64,000 nt of DNA from an uncultured virus (IMG/VR IMGVR_UViG_3300023176_005768) (taxonomy: Duplodnaviria; Heunggongvirae; Uroviricota; Caudoviricetes). The first letter of the stretch is position 1; each line of letters starts with the position of its first letter. Of this stretch, positions 34,382 to 47,800 are shown piece after piece. The notes below the pieces were generated by a model. The model had not been told where the DNA came from, made no database searches, and was given only the letters and a program-made list of their open reading frames with translations. A program made the position numbers and the translations under genes. The stretch lies in IMG/VR virus record IMGVR_UViG_3300023176_005768; one strand, 5' to 3'.

Positions 34382-35169
34382 ATCAAAAGTACACCCCCTT
34401 TACCAAACTTTTTTGCAGAAAGCTTGGAAGTCGTTGTCACTCAACGAAAAAAACTTTGCACTTTCCTGTTCGCTGGCAGACTTTGACCACAGAAAAGCAT
34501 GTTGGCCATGGCCATGGCCCTGGCAGGCCTGGCAGGCAGGCAGGCGCACACTACAAGGCCTACTTGACCACTCAGAGGCCACTCAGACGCCACAAGGCAG
34601 CAGGCGACCACTACCTGGCTGGTGTCTCGACCTCAAGAGGTGGAGAGGCAGGTAAGCTGCCTGCTCAAGCGTCGACGACATTCTCCTAGGCAGTTGTAGG
34701 CCTCAAGTAGTGACTACCTCGTCGTCATGTCAACGTCTCCTCTGAGAGCTCAGACAAGTAGCAAGAGAAAGAGCGCTCACAACTTCTCTCTTGCTCTCAA
34801 GCAGGAAAAAGTTGACAGTTGCCAAAAGTGACACTTCTCACGCTAAGAGAGACTTTTCTCTCGCTAAGCTCTCTCGCTCTCGCTCTCGCTCTCTCGCTCA
34901 GAAAAAGTGCTCGAAACGTTTCAAAAGCGCCTCCGAATAACGCGCCTCACTCTCTCACGTCCAAACCACTTTGCCCCTTTGTACAAAGTCGTCGGATTTG
35001 TACACTTCTTCCGCGTCGTCGATGAATGAAAGAGCGGCAGAAAAAGAGGAGGCCCCTGAAGAGCGATCCGCCGCAGAGCGGGTGAGCATTTGAGAGAGAA
35101 AACGCTGAATGTACAAAGCAACCGCAAAATGTACACTTTTTTCCGCCGTCGTTATGTTACTATAAGAGA

Positions 35170-35787
35170 GTGTCGAAGAAGAGGCTACCGAATTCCGAGA
35201 TTGGTCTCTTGCGTGCATTAAAGGGCCCGGCGCTCCATGCGAGAGCCACCGCCCTCCACAAGGCGGGTTGGCCGCTCGCGGCAATTGGTGAGGCCCTGGA
35301 CCCGCCGAGAACGCGGTCAACGGTGCGCGCCTGGGTCACTCGCCCCACAACACACTCACCTCAAACACACATCTTTCCATTGCCTCCCCTCTCTTCTTCT
35401 TCTTCTTCTTCTTCTTCTACAATCTTAAGGACGGCGGAAAAAGAGAGCTTTTCCTCTCCCTCCTCATCCACCTCCTCCGCTGCCGCTTCCTCCGCGGCGC
35501 CAGACAGAAACGCCAGAAACGCCAGAAACGCCAGAAAGATCGCTACTCGATTTGATCCGAACGCTCCTGAGTTGTCATCAGCCGCTCGAGAGAGAATCGC
35601 CGAGATCTCACCGATCGCACGTCGCTACCGCGCCGGCACAAATCCCGACGGACCGCACGCTCGAGCAAACGCCGAACTGACAATGATCTGTAGATCCGAG
35701 GCTGAACGCGGCGTCTCAGTTCGTGAGCTCGCCGACGCGGCCGATGTTACGTACTCGGCAATGAGAAGAAGACTGAGTAGAACATGA
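35170..35787 (+). CDS. Double-HTH DNA-binding protein with Ser-rich linker
   Basis: GWPLAAIGEAL...RSTVRAW and GVSVRELADAADVTYSAMRRRL; (TCT)9 at 35392-35418, (AGAAACGCC)3 at 35506-35532. Confidence 0.7.
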   Translation: MSKKRLPNSEIGLLRALKGPALHARATALHKAGWPLAAIGEALDPPRTRSTVRAWVTRPTTHSPQTHIFPLPPLSSSSSSSSSTILRTAEKESFSSPSSSTSSAAASSAAPDRNARNARNARKIATRFDPNAPELSSAARERIAEISPIARRYRAGTNPDGPHARANAELTMICRSEAERGVSVRELADAADVTYSAMRRRLSRT

Positions 35788-36161
35788 AGATTCTGTATGA
35801 CAACTTTCCACTACGCTCACGGGTCTGCCCGGCAGGCACCGTAGAAAGTGATCAATACGAGACGTTTCAGGTCTACGAGAGAATACCTCGCTCACGAATG
35901 GTCACCGCCGTTCGCGCCGTGATCACGAGCGACACGATAATGATTGCGTCTGACTCTGATCAAGGGCCAATGCTGATTTTCCGCGAAAAGTATGACCCAG
36001 AATCACTTATTTTGTCACGTGATGCGAAGAAAACAGCACGTCTTCGTACGTTGACAGGAAAGGTGATTGTTCTTGAGAAGGATGCGAACTGCGGCTGCGG
36101 CTCTCGTTTGCGTTCATGGAACCCGTACCGAACAATGTATGCAACAGGAGACCCTGAGTGA
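35784..36161 (+). CDS. Hypothetical protein
   Basis: ATGA overlap; C-terminal CGCGSRLRSWNP. Confidence 0.7.
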   Translation: MKILYDNFPLRSRVCPAGTVESDQYETFQVYERIPRSRMVTAVRAVITSDTIMIASDSDQGPMLIFREKYDPESLILSRDAKKTARLRTLTGKVIVLEKDANCGCGSRLRSWNPYRTMYATGDPE

Positions 36162-36448
36162 TCGTGACAGCCCTTGAGTTTATTGCACTTGGACTAGCCG
36201 CCACACGGCTAACCCGTTTTGTGACGACCGACACGATGTTTGACGGGCTTCGCACGAGAATTTGGAAAAGATATCCGCCAACACGGATCAATCTCGGATA
36301 TTTGATTACGTGCAATTGGTGCGCAAGTGTCTACACAGCAACGCTTGTTGTATCTATGTATAAAATAGCAGAAGAGCCGACGTTGTTTGTCTCATGCGTT
36401 CTCGCATATTCACTCATCGCCGGCGCGATATTAGACCGCGTCAACTAG
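36158..36448 (+). CDS. DUF1360-like membrane protein
   Basis: LA..RLTR..T.D..F..LR...GYL.TC.WC.SVY. Confidence 0.75.
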   Translation: MIVTALEFIALGLAATRLTRFVTTDTMFDGLRTRIWKRYPPTRINLGYLITCNWCASVYTATLVVSMYKIAEEPTLFVSCVLAYSLIAGAILDRVN

Positions 36449-36509
36449 TTTCCCGGTTCGCCGGACATATGAATCTTAGTTGACTCCGTCACGAGACGAG
36501 GAGAAGGTT

Positions 36510-38204
36510 GTGGGCGTATACCGCCGAGAAGTTGCTAGGTCACGACGATACACACCACCGTCTCTTCCGTCACCTGTGACGGCTCTTCCTCCCGGGTACA
36601 CACCTGCTCGACCCGCGGCGTACTCGACTCCGAGAACACTAACCGCGGCCGCGACTCAGCTTCGTCTGAACGATCGAAGCGAGGCCGAGAAGTTCAAGGC
36701 TACTCGCCAGGCTCATTCAAGCGCATGGCAGAGCGAGGCGTGGGAGTACTACGACGCAATCGGCGAGGTGAAGTACGCATTCAATCTTGTTGCGTCCGTT
36801 GCGTCAAGAATTCGTATCTACGCGGCGACAGTTGATAATCCAGCGGAGACTCCGATCTCGGTGCGTACAAGCTCACGTGTTGACGAGAGGCTTGCACGCG
36901 CCGCTGAGCGCGCGCTAAGCCGTCTTGACTCGGCGTACGGTGGTCAGGCTGGTTTGATTCGAGATGCGGCACTAAACCTGAGCGTCTCCGGCGAGTGCTA
37001 TCTCGTTCAGATGCCAGCGAAGCCAGGCTCCGGCACTCCAGAATCGTGGGACATTCGCTCAGTTGACGAGGTACAGATCGACCAAAAGAACAACTACGGA
37101 ATTGCGCCTCGCCGGGACATTCTTGGTGGAAACGGCAGCATGAACCAAAAGCAAGGTCTTGTTCTTCTTCCGGGAAATGCGTTTATTGGTCGCATTTGGC
37201 GCGCGCACCCCAGATTCTCTGACGAGGCTGATTCGAGCTTGCGCGGTCTTCTTGATCTTTGCGCCGAGCTTCTGCTTCTGAACAGAACATTCCGTGCGAC
37301 CGCTCGTTCTCGTCTGAACGCTGGTGCGTTGTATCTTCCGGACGGGCTTAGTGTCGCGGCGTCTCCGGACCCCGACTACCCGTTTGACGATCCGACCGAC
37401 ATGTACCCGGAGGCGACACCCGAGGAGATGGGTGACGAATTCGAGGATCAACTCATCGATGCGATGACGACACCGATCCGAGACGAGGATAGCGCCAGTG
37501 CCGTTGTTCCGCTGATTATTCGTGGGCCTGCTGAACTTGGCGATCGCATTAAGCAGTTTAAGTTCGAGCGTTCATTTGACCCAGCACTTGCGCAGCGTGC
37601 TGACCGTGTGCTCGAGAGAATTCTTCAGGGCCTCGATGTGCCAAAGGACATCATCACCGGTCTTGCGAACGTGAAGTACTCGAACGCTCTTCAGATCGAC
37701 GAGTCACTGTACAAGGCGCATATCGAGCCGTTGATGCTTTTGATCGCCGACGCGCTCACCGTTGTATATCTTCGTCCTTATCTGATTGCAAACGGCTTCG
37801 ATAAGACAGAGGTCGAGCGCATCGTTGTTTGGTTTGACCCAAGCGCCGTTGCGACTCGTAATGACCGCGCGGCAGACGCTGATAGCGGCTTTGATCGCAT
37901 GGCGGTGTCGTTTGACACCTGGCGTAAGACTCACGGTTTCAGTGATTCAGATGCGCCGACTCCTCAGGAGGTCGCGATGCGTCTCGTCTTCGAGAAAGGC
38001 ATGATCACTCCAGAGCTCACTGAAGCGATGATTGGAGCGTTCGCGCCTGAAGCTCTCGAGGCGGCTAAAGCAGCACAACAGGCGCAGAGTGTCGCGCCGA
38101 TGCCGCCCGGCCTCGAGCAACTTCTTCAAGGAGCGCCGCCTCAGGCATCGGAGCCTCAGCAGGGCGTAGAACCAGAATCACCACAGCCACCGGAGGCGCA
38201 GTGA
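36510..38204 (+). CDS. Portal protein (probable)
   Basis: Size and position ahead of the head genes; WQ.EAWEYYD.IGE..YA, L.V.GE.Y, R...GLD.P....TG; GAGGAG RBS. Confidence 0.75.
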   Translation: MGVYRREVARSRRYTPPSLPSPVTALPPGYTPARPAAYSTPRTLTAAATQLRLNDRSEAEKFKATRQAHSSAWQSEAWEYYDAIGEVKYAFNLVASVASRIRIYAATVDNPAETPISVRTSSRVDERLARAAERALSRLDSAYGGQAGLIRDAALNLSVSGECYLVQMPAKPGSGTPESWDIRSVDEVQIDQKNNYGIAPRRDILGGNGSMNQKQGLVLLPGNAFIGRIWRAHPRFSDEADSSLRGLLDLCAELLLLNRTFRATARSRLNAGALYLPDGLSVAASPDPDYPFDDPTDMYPEATPEEMGDEFEDQLIDAMTTPIRDEDSASAVVPLIIRGPAELGDRIKQFKFERSFDPALAQRADRVLERILQGLDVPKDIITGLANVKYSNALQIDESLYKAHIEPLMLLIADALTVVYLRPYLIANGFDKTEVERIVVWFDPSAVATRNDRAADADSGFDRMAVSFDTWRKTHGFSDSDAPTPQEVAMRLVFEKGMITPELTEAMIGAFAPEALEAAKAAQQAQSVAPMPPGLEQLLQGAPPQASEPQQGVEPESPQPPEAQ

Positions 38205-38872
38205 TGGCAAAGAGTAGCAGTGTTCCGGCGAAGCCGAGTGAGAGAATCAAGGGCTCAAAGAAAAATAAGCCTGGTTCAGCAAAGGCAAAGAACGCTAAGA
38301 AAATAAAGTTTTCAGACAAGACTGAAAAAGCTCTTCGCAACAAGATGCAGGAGCACAATAAGAAGGCGTCTGCTGGCCGTAAGGCGACGATGGGGCAGCT
38401 CAAGGCGGTGTACCGCCGCGGTGCAGGCGCGTTTTCAACATCTCATCGCCCAGGCAAGACACGAGATCAATGGGCGATGGCAAGAGTGAACGCGTATCTA
38501 AAGCTTCTTCGCTCCGGTAAGCCGTCAAACCCAAACTACACCCAAGATAACGATCTTCTTCCGGCGACGCATCCGAGGTCGTCAAAGAAAGACGCTTCGG
38601 CGATTACCGCAGGTACACGCCCGGTGTATGAAGAGTTGTTTGTTGAAATTCTCGATGAGAGCGAGTATGCATCTCCAGAGGAAGCAATTGTTGCGATGGC
38701 CGAGTACTCGGGCTTCGGCTACGAGTTCATTCCATCCGTTCGAGCCGCGTGGAAGCGCGCGCTCGCTAATGACGAAAACCCGTTTGACCGTGCTAAGGAT
38801 TTAGTGACACTTCTAGGATACAGCAGAGATCGAGATCTATTACCACGTTACACAGGCGAGGCAACGTCGTGA
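38201..38872 (+). CDS. Head-module protein, DUF5824-like basic domain
   Basis: L.AVYRRG.GAF..SHRPG....QWA.ARVN.YL. Confidence 0.65.
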   Translation: MMAKSSSVPAKPSERIKGSKKNKPGSAKAKNAKKIKFSDKTEKALRNKMQEHNKKASAGRKATMGQLKAVYRRGAGAFSTSHRPGKTRDQWAMARVNAYLKLLRSGKPSNPNYTQDNDLLPATHPRSSKKDASAITAGTRPVYEELFVEILDESEYASPEEAIVAMAEYSGFGYEFIPSVRAAWKRALANDENPFDRAKDLVTLLGYSRDRDLLPRYTGEATS

Positions 38873-41800
38873 AAACAAGAAACAGAAGTGTTGCAAAGAG
38901 TAAGTTCATTCATCAGTACGGAATAAAGATCCGTACCGACGTTCTTGCGCTTGTTGCTGATGCGAACAGCCGCGTTCTTCCGGAGCGCAGAGTTGCTGTT
39001 GCTGCTGCGATTGCTGTAGCGAACCGTTCACTGGCGCGAACAGTGACGCACGACCCTCGAGTAAGAGTGTTCAACGCTCTTCGCGAGGTGTCACAGTTTA
39101 TCTCACTCTGCACTTCTAATACACAAACTTCTCAGTCGATGCGTCACTGCGATTTGCTTCCAGTGTCGCATCCGGCGTCGACAAAGAGTCATAAGATGAA
39201 CAGCGCGTCGCTTCGTCACGCGAATGCTCGTTGGCTTGCGGCTGACCCGTTCATTGATGACAGCTATCGCGCGCTTGTTTCAGCCGCGTACTCGGCGTTC
39301 CCCGGCTCGTCAGAGAGAGTTCACGCGTTCACCCGTCTGTCTGTCGCGCCGTCAGGTGCTGTGCCAACTTACCTGCGCCTCGACGACGCTATTGCTCCGG
39401 AGCCTCTTAGCATTGTTGCTGTTGGTGGCTTCGGCATCGGTGGCAACTCAAGAGCTGCTCGCTCGCTTCGCGCGAGAATGCAGCGACGCGATCGTTACGG
39501 TCGATTCGCCTTCATGGGCGGCGGCTTTAGCTTCAACTTAGATCTTGATGGCAGCATTTTCTCAGTCTCCGGACGTGTTGTTGGAGCGTCTGGCGACGAT
39601 GACATCGAGATCGAGATCACTGACAGCCCAAGTCTTCCAGGCGGCATCTACGCGCTCCCTTCGTCAAAGGGCGTGTCTTCGAAGGCGATTATCTCGAGAG
39701 AAGCGCTTAAGGAGATCCCGGAGGTAGAGCTCGACAGAGTTACCGGCGGCCGCGAGTCGCTCGTTCGAGAAGGAGAAATCAGTCGTCTCGACGCTCCCAC
39801 GGGGTGGTCGAGAGCAGATAGCGGTGACGCCGGCTTTGAGCAGTTCGTATCTGATGACGGCTACTTCGTTCGAAAGAATCTTGAGACCGGAGACTACAGT
39901 CTCCATCGTGCTGATCTCACAGACAACTCCATTGGCGAAAAGGTCGCTGACGGCAAGTCGTGGGCTGACGTGCAGCGCGCCGCGAAAGATGACTCGCCGG
40001 CATATGAGAAGGTTCTACAGGAGGCTGCTGACGCAGAGGGTGCCACTGAATTCCCGACCCGAGACTCTCAAATTGCAGACGTTATAGATCGAGCTCTCAA
40101 ATCTGACTACATAAGAGAGGATGTCCTCGAACGAGAGGAAATCGAGAATGATATTGCGACAATTGTCAGTGAGCCAAACGGCTCTGGCCTAATCACCGAT
40201 ATAGATGACGACGGCATCGACATCCTGTACACGCACGACAGGGACGGGAACAAACTTGATTCTCCAGAAACTCGGACAGTTGCCTGGGGAGACGTCACTG
40301 AGGACTTCCAAGAAGTTTCATTCAGACCCGAGGAGCAAGAAGATTTCTATGGTGAACTCGAGAGGATTGTAGAGGGTGCCCGCGAGGTAGACGCTGCTGA
40401 GGCGCGTTTCCCTAGCGGAGAAAAAATGTTTGACGACTCCCGCGAGGCGTACGAGGCGTGGAAGAATCAAATTGGCGCAGGCCCACGAGACATGACTTAC
40501 GAGGAATGGCGTAAGTGGATAAACAGTCGTGCTGATGAGCCAGGTGTATTTCCAAAAGACGTGTTTCCAGATGGCTACCCGATTAGCCCGATGGACACCT
40601 CAAGAATTGTCGAAGAGAGAAGAAAAGAAGAAGAGCGCGAAAAGAAAGAAGCAGAGCGCGCAGAGAGAGATGCTCGAAAAGCTATAGAAAAGTTCCTTGA
40701 GGAGGAGAGACGTGATCTCTTCCCCCCAGTGAAGCCAGTGAAGCCTCGGCCAAAGCGCGACGACAAGAAGGCTAAAGAGCTCGAGCAGATGACAGACGAA
40801 GAGCTCATGGCGGAGCTCGCAAAACATGGCAAGAGAGCGGAGAGACCGTTTGACAGAGGCTATTCACTGTTTGCGGATAAGTCTGAGTACTCTGCTAGTT
40901 CCATTATCGCGGAGTTACAGTCCCGCGGCTACGAAGTTGCTAAGAGTGGGCCAAGAAAGCCCAAGTACTATGGGGACTACGCTGCTGGCGATGAGGGCTA
41001 CACGGTCTACAGGCCTGGTCAGGCTGGCATGTTCTTCCCCGAGCTTGACTCCGGCAAACCTGCTGCTGAAACTCCAAGCAGGGACTCTCAAATCACAGAC
41101 GTCATGGACCGCGTCATCGACTACGACAAGTCAAAAGGCGACGAAACAGGCAGACCTGGCACCACTCTCAAGAAAGTAGATCGCCAACCTTCCGAAAAAG
41201 ACGAACTCGAGAGAGGAATTGCGACAATTGTCCAGGGCCCGAACGGTTACGGCGTAGTAACTGAGTCTGACGAAGACGGCTTTGACGTAACGTACACTCA
41301 CGACGAGAACGGAGTAAGACTTTCTTCTCCAGATACTCAAAGAGTGTCCTGGGAAGACGTTGCCGACTTCGACAAAATCTCGTTCTACTACGGTGACGAC
41401 GATACAGAAGATTTCTACGGCGAACTTGAGGACATTGTAGAAGGCAAGACCCCAGAAGGCCAGGTTCCCGTATCCTCGAGTGAGTACCGAGAGGGCTCAA
41501 TAAGCGCAGAGTACGAAGGCGAGCTCGCTGAGGTATTTCTTGAGGAGCCAAGCCCTGGCAACTACATTGTCACTGCCATTGTTCGCGCGCCAGAGGACGC
41601 TGAAGAAGACGTCGAGGTCGCGTTCAGAGCAGACTCAAGCGATCCGTCAGTTACTGACTTTGACGCTGAGATCAGAGATAACTTCGGCCAAGAGGTTCTT
41701 GACTTCTTCAAGCCAACCGATGACGACATCACGCCTCCGACCGAAGGTGACGGCAGCGATCCGCTTAGCCCAATGAACACTAAGCCTAAGGGCGATGGCG

Positions 41801-44800
41801 TTCAAATTGCGTTCCCAATGGTTGAAGAGGACTTCACCGAAGATCTCGTTAAGCGTGTTAATGACGCCGGCGGGTACATCGAAGAGAATGACAGTCTGTA
41901 CGACAGTCTTGACGGGTCTCCTCTTGGAATGGGCGATGAACGCAAGGTTGTTGTTACGTTTGATAAGCCTAGGCTGACTCCAGAGGAGGCTCGCAGCTTC
42001 CTTGGCGACGCTGAGACTGACGGTGCACTTAACGCACGTTTCAGCAACGATGACGAGGAGAACGCCGAGCTTTTCCAGAAACTAACCGAAGGTGACGGCG
42101 ACCCAGACATCTTTGACGGGGTTACTCCAGACATAGACCCAGAGCTATACACTGGCGGGCCCGCTGATATTACAGATACGAGCTTCTTCGGCATTAGATC
42201 TGCAATAGAAGACGCGATGGAGGCCGGCGGAACAGTTCGGTTCATGTACAGCGGCAAGGAGAGAACGTTTACTCCAAGTCGCATTTACAGTAACCCGAAG
42301 AACGGGCTAACTAACGTCGTCGGGTTCTTAGACGTCGATGGCGAGATGGAAGAGAGAACGTTCTCTATTGACAAAATCTCGCCGATGCCAAGCGAGTCTA
42401 AGACTCCGTCTGGGATTTCTCCAGAATTCGAGAGCGAGTTTGACTCGATGTTCGAGGTCCCAGATGGCGCGCACAAGGTTGACATCTACTCGATGTACGA
42501 GCCCCGTGGTCGCACCGATGAGACAAGCGAAGACTACACAGACGATCCTTCTGAGCTTTCGACAAGATTTTCGCAGGAAGAGCTTGCCAAGGCTCTGCGC
42601 GAAGCTGTCATGCCTAGCGAGAGTGGGGACCGTGCTGAAGGTCTCGGCAATCTTGAGTTCTCAGACGGAGATGAAACTGTGCCTGCTGAGGCGCTCTATG
42701 AAGCGCTTCAAATGTCAGGTGTCGATGCCGACATAATTCTTGCGGGCATCTACGACTCGGCGTTTGATGACCCTAACCGTGTCAGCAACGTCGAAAGACT
42801 ACAAGAGTTTAAAGGCGACATGTTTGATTCGCCTGAGTACAGCCCGGCACGCTCCGAAATACCTCAGACGCAAGGCGAGGCCGACAGAGTCACGGCGCAG
42901 AAAGCTCAGCGAACTGGGCAGAGCTTAGACAACGAGCGAGCGCAACGCGCTGTTGAGCTTATGCGCTCTCACGAAGAAACAAATCCAAAGATCAAAGAAA
43001 TCGCGGATCAAATTATCTTCGGCCGCAGCGACGATCCGGTTTTGTCGTTTGATGAAGCGTTTGAAAGATTCTACCCACTATCGAAGTCCGACGACCCAGC
43101 AGATCGCGAAGCGTTCAGAGCGTTCTGGGGTATCGTCATGTCTATTGACGGTGGAGACGGCGGAGATCTCGCTGAACCAGACGTAATCTCCCCCGAAGAC
43201 TCAAGAATGCGAATGCTCGGTGCTATCAGCAATATTCTTGAGAGAGACGGAGTAGACGGTGACATTGCATCAATAGCAGAAGACGCGTACTACGAGATGA
43301 TCGAAGAGTACGGCCAGTACGCCGACTACATCAATGGTAAGAAAGCAATTTCGTCTGGCTCTGACGATCTGTCGGCGGACACTACCGCTGCCGCGTTCTA
43401 CAGAATTGTTTCTTCCGCCGCGTCACCGAATAATCGGCCACTCTATAGAGTCCTTAACATTCACAAAGATAATCCGGAGATCGAGACTCTTCTGACTGAG
43501 GGTTCGACGTTTTCTATGGATGCTCGCCCATTCACTGCGCAGGAGATTGCCGATGGCTCTCTAATGAGTCGTCTGTTCTTCCCCACCGGCGTGAATGAGC
43601 GTAGAATTGTTCTTGAGGTGCCACCAGGCGAGATTGACAGCCTTAACGTGTCAGACATGTCGTTTGTCCCAGACGAGCAGGAATGGATCGGCTTCGGAGA
43701 GCTACAGGTAGTGTCTGTCCGCGAGCAGAGTAATGAGTTTGGTGTTGAGACTATTGTTCAAGTTCGTAGAGCCGATGCGGCGGCGCCTGAAGCGCCGTCT
43801 GCTGCTACAGCGTACGATCCAGACGCCGACGACATTGAAACATGGTCTCGCACTGGCGGCCAGGCGGGATCGAACCCGGGTGGGTTCTATGAGACTCCCG
43901 ATGGCAGAAGATACTACGTCAAGTCGCCGAGATCGCAGTCTCACGCGGAGAACGAAGTTCTTGCATCCGCATTCTACGAGATGCTCGGAGTGCCGGCAGC
44001 ACGTGTTCGCCTCGGTCGTGAAGATGGCGACACAAGAATCGTCTCTACATTAATTGAAGACGCCGACACCGGTGACTTTGAGTTTAGGGTCGACGGTGGA
44101 GACACTGAGTATCTCGACAAGGTCCGTCAAGGATTTGTTGCTGACGCCTGGCTAGCAAACTGGGACAGCGTTGGGCTGGTCTATGACAACATCGTCACAG
44201 ACGGCAATGGAGACCCGGTGCGTCTCGACCCAGGCGGCTCGTTGATGTATCGTGCTCGTGGCGCTGAGAAAGGCTCGGCGTTTGGCAACAACGTAACAGA
44301 GCTCGACACTCTTCGCGACCCAGATCTAAATCCGCAGGCGGCGTCAGTCTTTGGCGATATCGATGATGCAACATTGCAGGCTGCCGCGAAGAGACTTCGT
44401 GACATCACTCCGTCGCAGATTGACGAAACAGTAGATTCAATTGTCTCGGATCCAGATGATGCCGCTCTTCTTAAGGAGCGCTTGAAGGCTCGTCGCCAGT
44501 CGATTCTTGATCGCTTCGGGATTCAAGAAGGCCAAGACGATCCCGATCTTTTCCCAGATCCAGAGCCGCTCACTGACGCGATGGGCTACCAGGCGCAGGA
44601 CCTAGTGCCAGGCGACATTACCGCGACTGATTCATTTGTCGTCGAAAAAGTTTTCCGCGATTCCGAAACTCCAAAAGGCAAGGTAAGTATTCAAGGATAC
44701 TACCCTGGCCACGAGTCTCAGCGCAAGGAGTGGAACGAAGACACTGAGATTGAAGTTAGCCGCGGCGGTACGACACCTCCAAAGGGCGATAAGCCCGCGC

Positions 44801-47800
44801 TTCATCGACCAAAGAGACCGTACTCGCCTAGAAGTCAAGAGACGTTCAGTGGCGACATGCGAGATCTTCTTGAGGGCGCAGAGAGCTGGGAAGAAGTCGC
44901 GGAGATCATTCGCGGAACTGAGATCGTCTACTTTGACTATGAGACAACTGGCATTGGAGACGGCGAACTCAACCGTCCTGTGCAGATCGGTGCTGTTCGA
45001 ATTGTCAACGGCGAGGTCGTCGATAGATTCAACATGTACATGAATCCAGAGTTTAGACTCTCGGATTGGTCAAAAGAGAATCTAAAGCGCGAGGACGGGG
45101 AGCTTGTCACCGACGAGTGGCTAGAGACTCAGCCATCAATGCGCGAGGCGCACGAGCGATTCATCGAGTTTGTTGGAGATCGTCCGATTCTTGGCGGACA
45201 GAACGTTCCGTTTGATACTGAAGTACTACAGCGTACTCTAGGCGAGCAGGGCCTCGAACTCGAGATTGGTGGAACTATTGATTCTCTGCCAATGGCAAGA
45301 GGGACTCTGCCAACGTGGTCGTCTGGCTCTCCAGACGGTCCTTCGCAGGTAGGCCGCGACGGCAAGAGGCGTTCGTCGAACAGCCTCGGCCCTGTCGCTG
45401 AGTACCTCGGTGTAGAGCTCGGCAACTGGCACCGCGCTGACGCTGATGCCGAAGCCGCCTGGGACATTACTGACGCGATGCTAACCCGCGCATCGGCGCC
45501 TGATGCTGACGTTTCTACAGAGTCGTTCGATGGCCGTGAGGCTGAAAAGATCGCCCAAGACCGCGCAGAGTACGACGCTGCAATGTCGGTGTACAAGGAC
45601 GAGCTCGCTGACTACGAAGCCGCTAAGGCCGTAGCGGCCGCGTGGAACTGCGGCGGCGCCGGCATCACAGCGGCAGTCGGTGATGGAGAAGGCCCGTGCG
45701 ACGTGCCAGACCCAGACGACATGATCAACAATGCGACTCCAGACGAGTCGATTGTAGACCCCGAAGGCGTACCTGGCGGCGCAACAGACAGCAACGTCTC
45801 AATGGCAGATGCTCTTGATGACGGAGTTGTTGAGCGTCCTGAGAAAGATGGCGTAAACGTCAAGGATCCCTACGCTGACGAGAAGTTCCCACCGACGGCT
45901 CAACAGCGCGATGTTGTTGACGCCGTGCTTACTGGTGAAAATGTTGTTGTTCGTGCTCTTGCCGGGACTGGTAAGACGAGCACTCTTAAGCTTATTGCAA
46001 GGCGCTTGAAGAAAGAGCAGCCTAAGAAGAGAATAGCGTACGTCGCGTTCAACAAGTCAATTCAGCTCGAGGCTGATGCGACAATGCCAGGCAACGTTGA
46101 GTCACGTACTGGCGACTCAATCGCGTGGAGAGCAATTGGCTCGAGTCTCACAGACAAGCGTAAGAAAAACCGCTTCAACAACAAGCCAAGTAAACTTGCC
46201 AATGACCTCGGAATAACTGGGCAGCCAAGCCCAGACGAGCCAGACAAGGACATGACGGCTACTCAGGTGTATCGCGCGATCAATAAGGCGGTCACAAACT
46301 ATACGATTAGCGCCGATGATGAGATTGGCCCTCAGCACTTCGAGTTTGACAACGTCCCAGACGAATGGATTGCTAAGGCCGGAGAAATTTGGGACGATCT
46401 TAAGAGCCCGAGTGGCGTTCTTCCGTTCAACAACAACCACGCGACGAAGATCTGGGCGTTGTCTCGCCCTGATCTATCTGCCGACGGCTCCGGACTTGAC
46501 TACAAAGCCGATGTCATCTTCTTTGACGAAGCACAGGACATCAACCCTGTAATCGGAAAGGTCATTGCAGATCAGACCGCGCAGGTTGTGTACGTTGGAG
46601 ACGGTAATCAAGCGATCTACGGTTTCCGCGGTGCTGAAGACGAGCTACAAAAAATCAGTGCTCCGAATGATCTGCCATTAACAAAGTCTTGGAGATTCGG
46701 CCCGCAGATAGCCGGAATCGGTAACAGGTTCTTAGCAGCTCTTGGTTCGGACTACAGAATCGAAGGCGGCGGCCCAGACGGCAAGATCCTCCCGAGAGGG
46801 GGCATGCCCGATGCTGACGCGGTTCTTGTTCGCTCAAACGCCGGCGCAGTTCGAGAAATCTACAGAGAGCTCGAGGCTGGAAGAAAAGTCGGTGTAACTA
46901 AGTCGTTTAAAGAAGACCTAGAGAGATTTGTTCGCCACGCTGATTGGTTGAAGTCTGGGGCAAGACTAGACGATCGACCGCAGATGCACGAAGATCTTGC
47001 GCCGTTCTCGTCGTGGGATGAAGTTGTCAAGTCTCTCGAAGACGAAGACAATAAGAAGCTGGAATTTCTTGTCGATCTTGTAGACAGCGAAGGCGTCGAC
47101 GGACTGTACGACATGCTAGGTCGTCTAATCCCGTACACTACTAACGCTGACGTGTCATCTGACGAGCTTCCGAGCGCGCCGCCGCTTATGCCATCAGAAG
47201 TTGCGAGCGGTTCGTCTGGCGAAGTTGCTAATGGCGTTATGTTCGAGGTTTCTGGAGACAGAGTAAAACTCTCCGGAAAAACATTTGACACTAAAGAGTC
47301 GATCAAGGCTCTCGGATTTAAGTGGAACGCCGCTGACAAGAGCTGGGTGCGCTCAATCAAGGGCGACGACAACCGCGCGCGGACATTGAATGAGCTTCGC
47401 TCGAAGCTTGCTGGCGACGGATCAGCGGACAGACCTGACGTCGTAGTTAGCACGGCGCACAGAGCTAAAGGTCTCGAGTGGGATCGTGTTCGTATTGGCG
47501 ATGACTTCAGAGGACCAAGAGTCGACGGCGAAACTGGCGCAACAATTATGCCAGCGGATGAAGAGCTGCGTCTTGCGTACGTTGCTGTTACACGCGCGCA
47601 GAAACAACTTGATCCAGGCTCTCTTGAGTACATCTACGGATATACAACTGAAGCAGACGAGTCGCCCAATCTGCCTAGCGCTCCTGAGGCTGATGTCCCA
47701 GAAGCTCCAGAAGCTCCAGAAGCTCCGCCAGTACCCGTGGAGATCGACCCAGAGCGTCGCGCCGCTGAAGTAGCGAAGTACAATCTTGAAGATCTCGGTG

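Noticed and set aside
34311..35136. ORFs 34311..34655, 34456..34689, 34819..35025 and 34921..35136
   Set aside because: Low-complexity translations, no RBS or motifs; better explained as non-coding
40045..41445. Diversity-generating retroelement template/variable repeat pair
   Set aside because: The duplication is diverged at all bases, not only adenines, and no reverse transcriptase is recognised
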